A stretch of DNA of 41,098 bases from Candidatus Poribacteria bacterium. GTDB taxonomy: Bacteria > Poribacteria > WGA-4E > UBA9662. Under the pieces are notes generated by a model. That model did no database searches. It was not told where the DNA came from and saw only the letters and a list, made by a program, of their open reading frames with translations. Positions 37,983-41,098 of this stretch are shown piece after piece. Numbering within the stretch: the first letter of the stretch is position 1; each line of letters starts with the position of its first letter. Location of the stretch: positions 1-41,098 of the forward strand of contig JAYGDX010000129.1 of the NCBI GenBank assembly GCA_046582655.1, written 5' to 3'. Both the position numbers and the translations under genes were made by a program.

Positions 37983-39002
37983 CTAATTCCACTCTAACAG
38001 CACGCCTGTGTGAGTATTTGGAGTATTAAGCAACCCATCATAGGCTTCCTTAATTTGTTCGGGTTTTAAATGGTGCGAAATGAGAGGCTCAATTCTAAGT
38101 TGATCCCTGTCAATCCAATCGAATATCATCTGCTGTTTGCTGAATTGGGAGACATGATTTCCCGCTTCTGTGTACATTGGAAGACACCATTCTAAAGCAC
38201 CTCGGATTGTGATCCACCGCAGGTGAACGTCCGACAACAATTCTGTTAAGTCTCCATCAACTGAGACTCGCGGTGTTCCCAGCAAGACGACTTGACCATA
38301 GTTCGCAGTGGCTTTCAAAGCCTCTAATACGACTTGGCTATGTCCAACGGCATCAACTGTGATCTGTCCCATTTCTCCATTCGTGATTTCTTTAATTTGC
38401 TCTTGGACTTCTACAGAAACTCCGCCTACCGTATAAGGAATATTGCACTGTCTGGCGATTTTACGCCGCGCCTCAACAGGATCAACACCAATTACACGGC
38501 ATCCTCGAATATGAAATGCTTGTGAAGCCAGATTCCCCACCATACCAAGGCCAAAAACAACCACCCACGGACTAGATTCAATTTCACTCACAATTATACT
38601 GGTGGCGGCGACGCCTGCCATTCTTGATGCGGCGGCGATAGCTGGATTTATACTGGCTGGTACAGACGCCACTAATCGATCAGCATTGTACCGAATGGCA
38701 GAAGCATGATTTCCATAAGTAAAAACGCGTTCACCCACTTTCACCCGAGCCACTCTTTCTCCAACATCCTTGACGATGCCGACGTTGGCATAGCCTGATT
38801 TCCACGGATATGCGCACCATGCGCCTGGCTGAAATACTTTTGGCTCTTTGCCTGAGTAGTTGGCTAATTCCGTTCCAGTACTAATGTATGTGTATTCAGT
38901 CTCAATTAATATCTCGTTTGGACCTAGCTTGTTTTCATCTAATTCAGTATTTTGCAATTCAACTTGGTGTTGCCCCGTTACCACAACCTGTTTGATTTTC
39001 AT
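37983..39002 (-). CDS. Medium-chain dehydrogenase/reductase, probably of the Zn-independent subgroup
   Basis: ISTGTE, YPWKSGYANVG, VGERV, VFGLGMVG, DAVG; no Zn-binding Cys set. Confidence 0.87.
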   Translation of the reverse strand: MKIKQVVVTGQHQVELQNTELDENKLGPNEILIETEYTYISTGTELANYSGKEPKVFQPGAWCAYPWKSGYANVGIVKDVGERVARVKVGERVFTYGNHASAIRYNADRLVASVPASINPAIAAASRMAGVAATSIIVSEIESSPWVVVFGLGMVGNLASQAFHIRGCRVIGVDPVEARRKIARQCNIPYTVGGVSVEVQEQIKEITNGEMGQITVDAVGHSQVVLEALKATANYGQVVLLGTPRVSVDGDLTELLSDVHLRWITIRGALEWCLPMYTEAGNHVSQFSKQQMIFDWIDRDQLRIEPLISHHLKPEQIKEAYDGLLNTPNTHTGVLLEWN

Positions 39003-39310
39003 AAATTACCTTTGTTTTACCAAACGAATAACTGTTTATAATTATTCTGTCAATGTTATCAATCTTCAAATCTTTGGACGAAAAGAAAATATTGGTAGTG
39101 CTTAATAGCTTTCAAACAAATACAAAAAATTAAGATTACAATGCACGAAAATTTGAGGATCCTTCGACATAGTGTAAAATATAGGCTAAATTTCAATAGA
39201 GTTAAACTATAATCACAATCAGCAACCGACACCTTATCATTTGTTGTAGAAATTAAGTTGTTGCAGTTAAAAGACAGTTGATAAAGGAATTTAAGGAAGG
39301 AAAGCATACC

Positions 39311-40078
39311 ATGCCTTCAGAAATGGAGGATTATTTATTTGATCTCAGGGGGTATATCGTTATCCCAAATGCAATTGATAAAAGCCTCATAGATAAAATT
39401 AACCAATTGGTAAATAGATATGTTCTTTTAGAGACCAATCAGTGGAAAGGATATGTACATCGCAGAAGTAAAAACGAGATACAAAACATTATGGAAGCTG
39501 GTGATCCCTTCGAACATTTGATTGATCATGCCTCATATATTGATCACTTAACGCGTTATGTTGGTGGAGATGATGGTTTGTTCATCGACGAAGCATTTGT
39601 TAACGTTAGGGAATCAGGAGGCTCTACACCTTTGCACTCTGGAGCACACAAACGCCGAATACGTACCCAGTTTCGATTTCATAACAACCAATTCCGATGT
39701 GGGCAGATTAATATGCTGCTTGCCTTAAACGATATCGGCTCTGGAGACGGCGCAACAATGGTAATTCCCAGCAGTCATAAATCCAACCTTTTGCATCCAT
39801 CATTCCAATCTCCACAAACACGTAGTTCACTTGAAGAAGTGGCAGGTGCAATTGAAGTGCACCTGCAGGCTGGAGACGTATTACTATTCGTTGATTGTAT
39901 GGCACATGGATCAGCTATCAAACGGACACTTGGTGAGCGCCGTATCTTAATTTATCGTTACGGACCTCATTGGGGACATAATCGGTATGGATACCAATCG
40001 TCTGAAGAATTGTTGGCTCGTTTGACACCAGCGCGTCGAAGAATTGTCTGTCCCATTTCTCCCCTTGGCCCACCTTAA
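39311..40078 (+). CDS. PhyH-family Fe(II)/2OG oxygenase with a non-canonical HxG iron motif
   Basis: YLFDLRGY, PLHSG (H109-S-G111), ALND...DGATMVIPSSHKSN, AGDVLLF...AHG (H199), ERR (R210); ATG at 39311 after AAGGAAGGA. Confidence 0.88.
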   Translation: MPSEMEDYLFDLRGYIVIPNAIDKSLIDKINQLVNRYVLLETNQWKGYVHRRSKNEIQNIMEAGDPFEHLIDHASYIDHLTRYVGGDDGLFIDEAFVNVRESGGSTPLHSGAHKRRIRTQFRFHNNQFRCGQINMLLALNDIGSGDGATMVIPSSHKSNLLHPSFQSPQTRSSLEEVAGAIEVHLQAGDVLLFVDCMAHGSAIKRTLGERRILIYRYGPHWGHNRYGYQSSEELLARLTPARRRIVCPISPLGPP

Positions 40079-40134
40079 AACGATAACAGATTATCAAAAC
40101 CCCATAATGTTGCGAAGTGTTATCTGATTCTCAC

Positions 40135-40457
40135 CCTTAAAATATGAACGTAGCCAACCTGCGTAATCTGACTATTCTGAGCGGATTCCAGCAACCGTAA
40201 ATAGTTGGGATCAAGTTATTGTTCTGAACTGCTGACCGGATTGACAAAAGTAACTACTGGTAGACGAGTTGAGGTATGAAGGAGACGTGCCCATTCGGTC
40301 CAGCCTTTTGGTTAAGATAGAAATAGACCAACAATTGCAATCAGTAATCAGTATTGGCCTCTTGGGAAAAGCCTGACAGGATACCAGCCAACCAGCGGCA
40401 GGCAGAACCAGCTTTATTTCTTTGTCTCCTGAGATTTTCAGTGAAGATGTTTTCCAT
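40135..40457 (-). pseudogene. Degraded remnant resembling the N-terminus of a spherulin-4 (GH135) protein
   Basis: Manual translation: M...DY*LQLLVYFYLNQ / frameshift / KGWTEWARL...PVVTFVNPVSSSEQ*LDPNYLRLLESAQNSQITQVGYVH. This resembles the spherulin-4 pattern LLVPxYxYP..W..L..INPxxGPG..DxNY..GYV. Confidence 0.5.
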
Positions 40458-40874
40458 TTCTATCAGCCTAAGTTTTGATTAAAGATTTCTGTGTCCTGTC
40501 TGAACATCCAAACTGACTGACTTTGTCCACAGATCTAATTGTGGAACCCCATTGGTATTTCTGATTGATAGTAACATACATTTTGCTGGCTGGTAATGCT
40601 CTCGGCAAATAACGAGGTTGGAGGATGCAGTCAAACAACTCGCGAATTATCGACAGGTAAAAAATATGGGTTGCAGTTCGCATTAGGATTTGTTAGAGTG
40701 TTCGGCACTTCAGGCAATTCGAGTTTGTCAGTCCATGGTACTTGGAGGAGACACCAGGTACCACGGACAATTCTAGAAACTGCTTGAAACTTGCGGATTC
40801 CGATGTCGAATTAGCAGATAACACCCTCAGCGGAAGGACCTTATCAACAGTCTTGTCAAAAGGGAAGACAATTG

Positions 40875-41098
40875 ATGAATGATTATAATCGTTACCTATT
40901 TGACCTCAACGGTTACTTGCTGGTTGAAGACGCGCTGACCTCGGAGCAAATTCGCCAGATGAACCAAGCTATTGATCAACATCGGGATCAGATCCATATT
41001 CGGACCCCAGAACAAGCTCTGGACGGCAGCCTAGAAGAACAAGGCGGCCGAGCTTCGGCAGCCTTGAAAGGTACGCACGGACGAGGTGATTTCGGCGG
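40875..41098 (+). CDS. PhyH-family oxygenase, N-terminal part (runs off the window)
   Basis: Not in the ORF track. Reads MNDYNRYLFDLNGYLLVEDALTSEQIRQMNQAIDQH..., open to the window end, with the same YLFDLxGY N-terminus as 39311-40078. Confidence 0.8.
   Translation, partial: MNDYNRYLFDLNGYLLVEDALTSEQIRQMNQAIDQHRDQIHIRTPEQALDGSLEEQGGRASAALKGTHGRGDFG

Noticed and set aside
40468..40860. ORFs 40468-40683 and 40596-40787
   Set aside because: No recognisable motif; possibly decayed coding DNA but not assignable.
1..41098. rRNA, tRNA, riboswitch, CRISPR array, IS/integrase or defence system
   Set aside because: No such sequence or protein signature recognised by eye; an Rfam/Infernal scan would be needed to exclude small structured RNAs.

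Overview
Bacterial, gene-dense, moderate-GC catabolic region with no rRNA, tRNA, CRISPR array or intact mobile element that I can see. It holds five PhyH-like Fe(II)/2-oxoglutarate oxygenases, a sulfatase, three MDR dehydrogenases, a TPR-decorated alpha-2-macroglobulin and a secreted protein ending in AVxxxxKLxxxWxxLK. That mix suggests Candidatus Poribacteria or a similar lineage (inference only). Main units: a 2-hydroxyacid dehydrogenase/HpcH aldolase/ApnL-like lactonase operon; a luciferase-like monooxygenase/flavin reductase/TylF methyltransferase operon; a long minus-strand run (PhyH, A2M, ackA, tatD, WG lipoprotein, udk, MFS, DapA-family); and a metal locus (CsoR/InrS-like repressor, 60-aa His-rich membrane peptide, P1B-ATPase, M20 peptidase). 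Four genes look decayed: an SDR with an internal deletion, a GHL10-like gene with five in-frame stops, an aminotransferase, and a spherulin-4-like remnant. Best novelty candidates: (1) the His-rich peptide and the ATPase share an N-terminal MHEGxHGIL motif written with different synonymous codons; (2) one PhyH has a halogenase-type HxG iron site; (3) the A2M lacks a thioester and repeats a TPR-MG module at both ends; (4) the ApnL-like lactonase sits with an aldolase rather than the known apionate enzymes.
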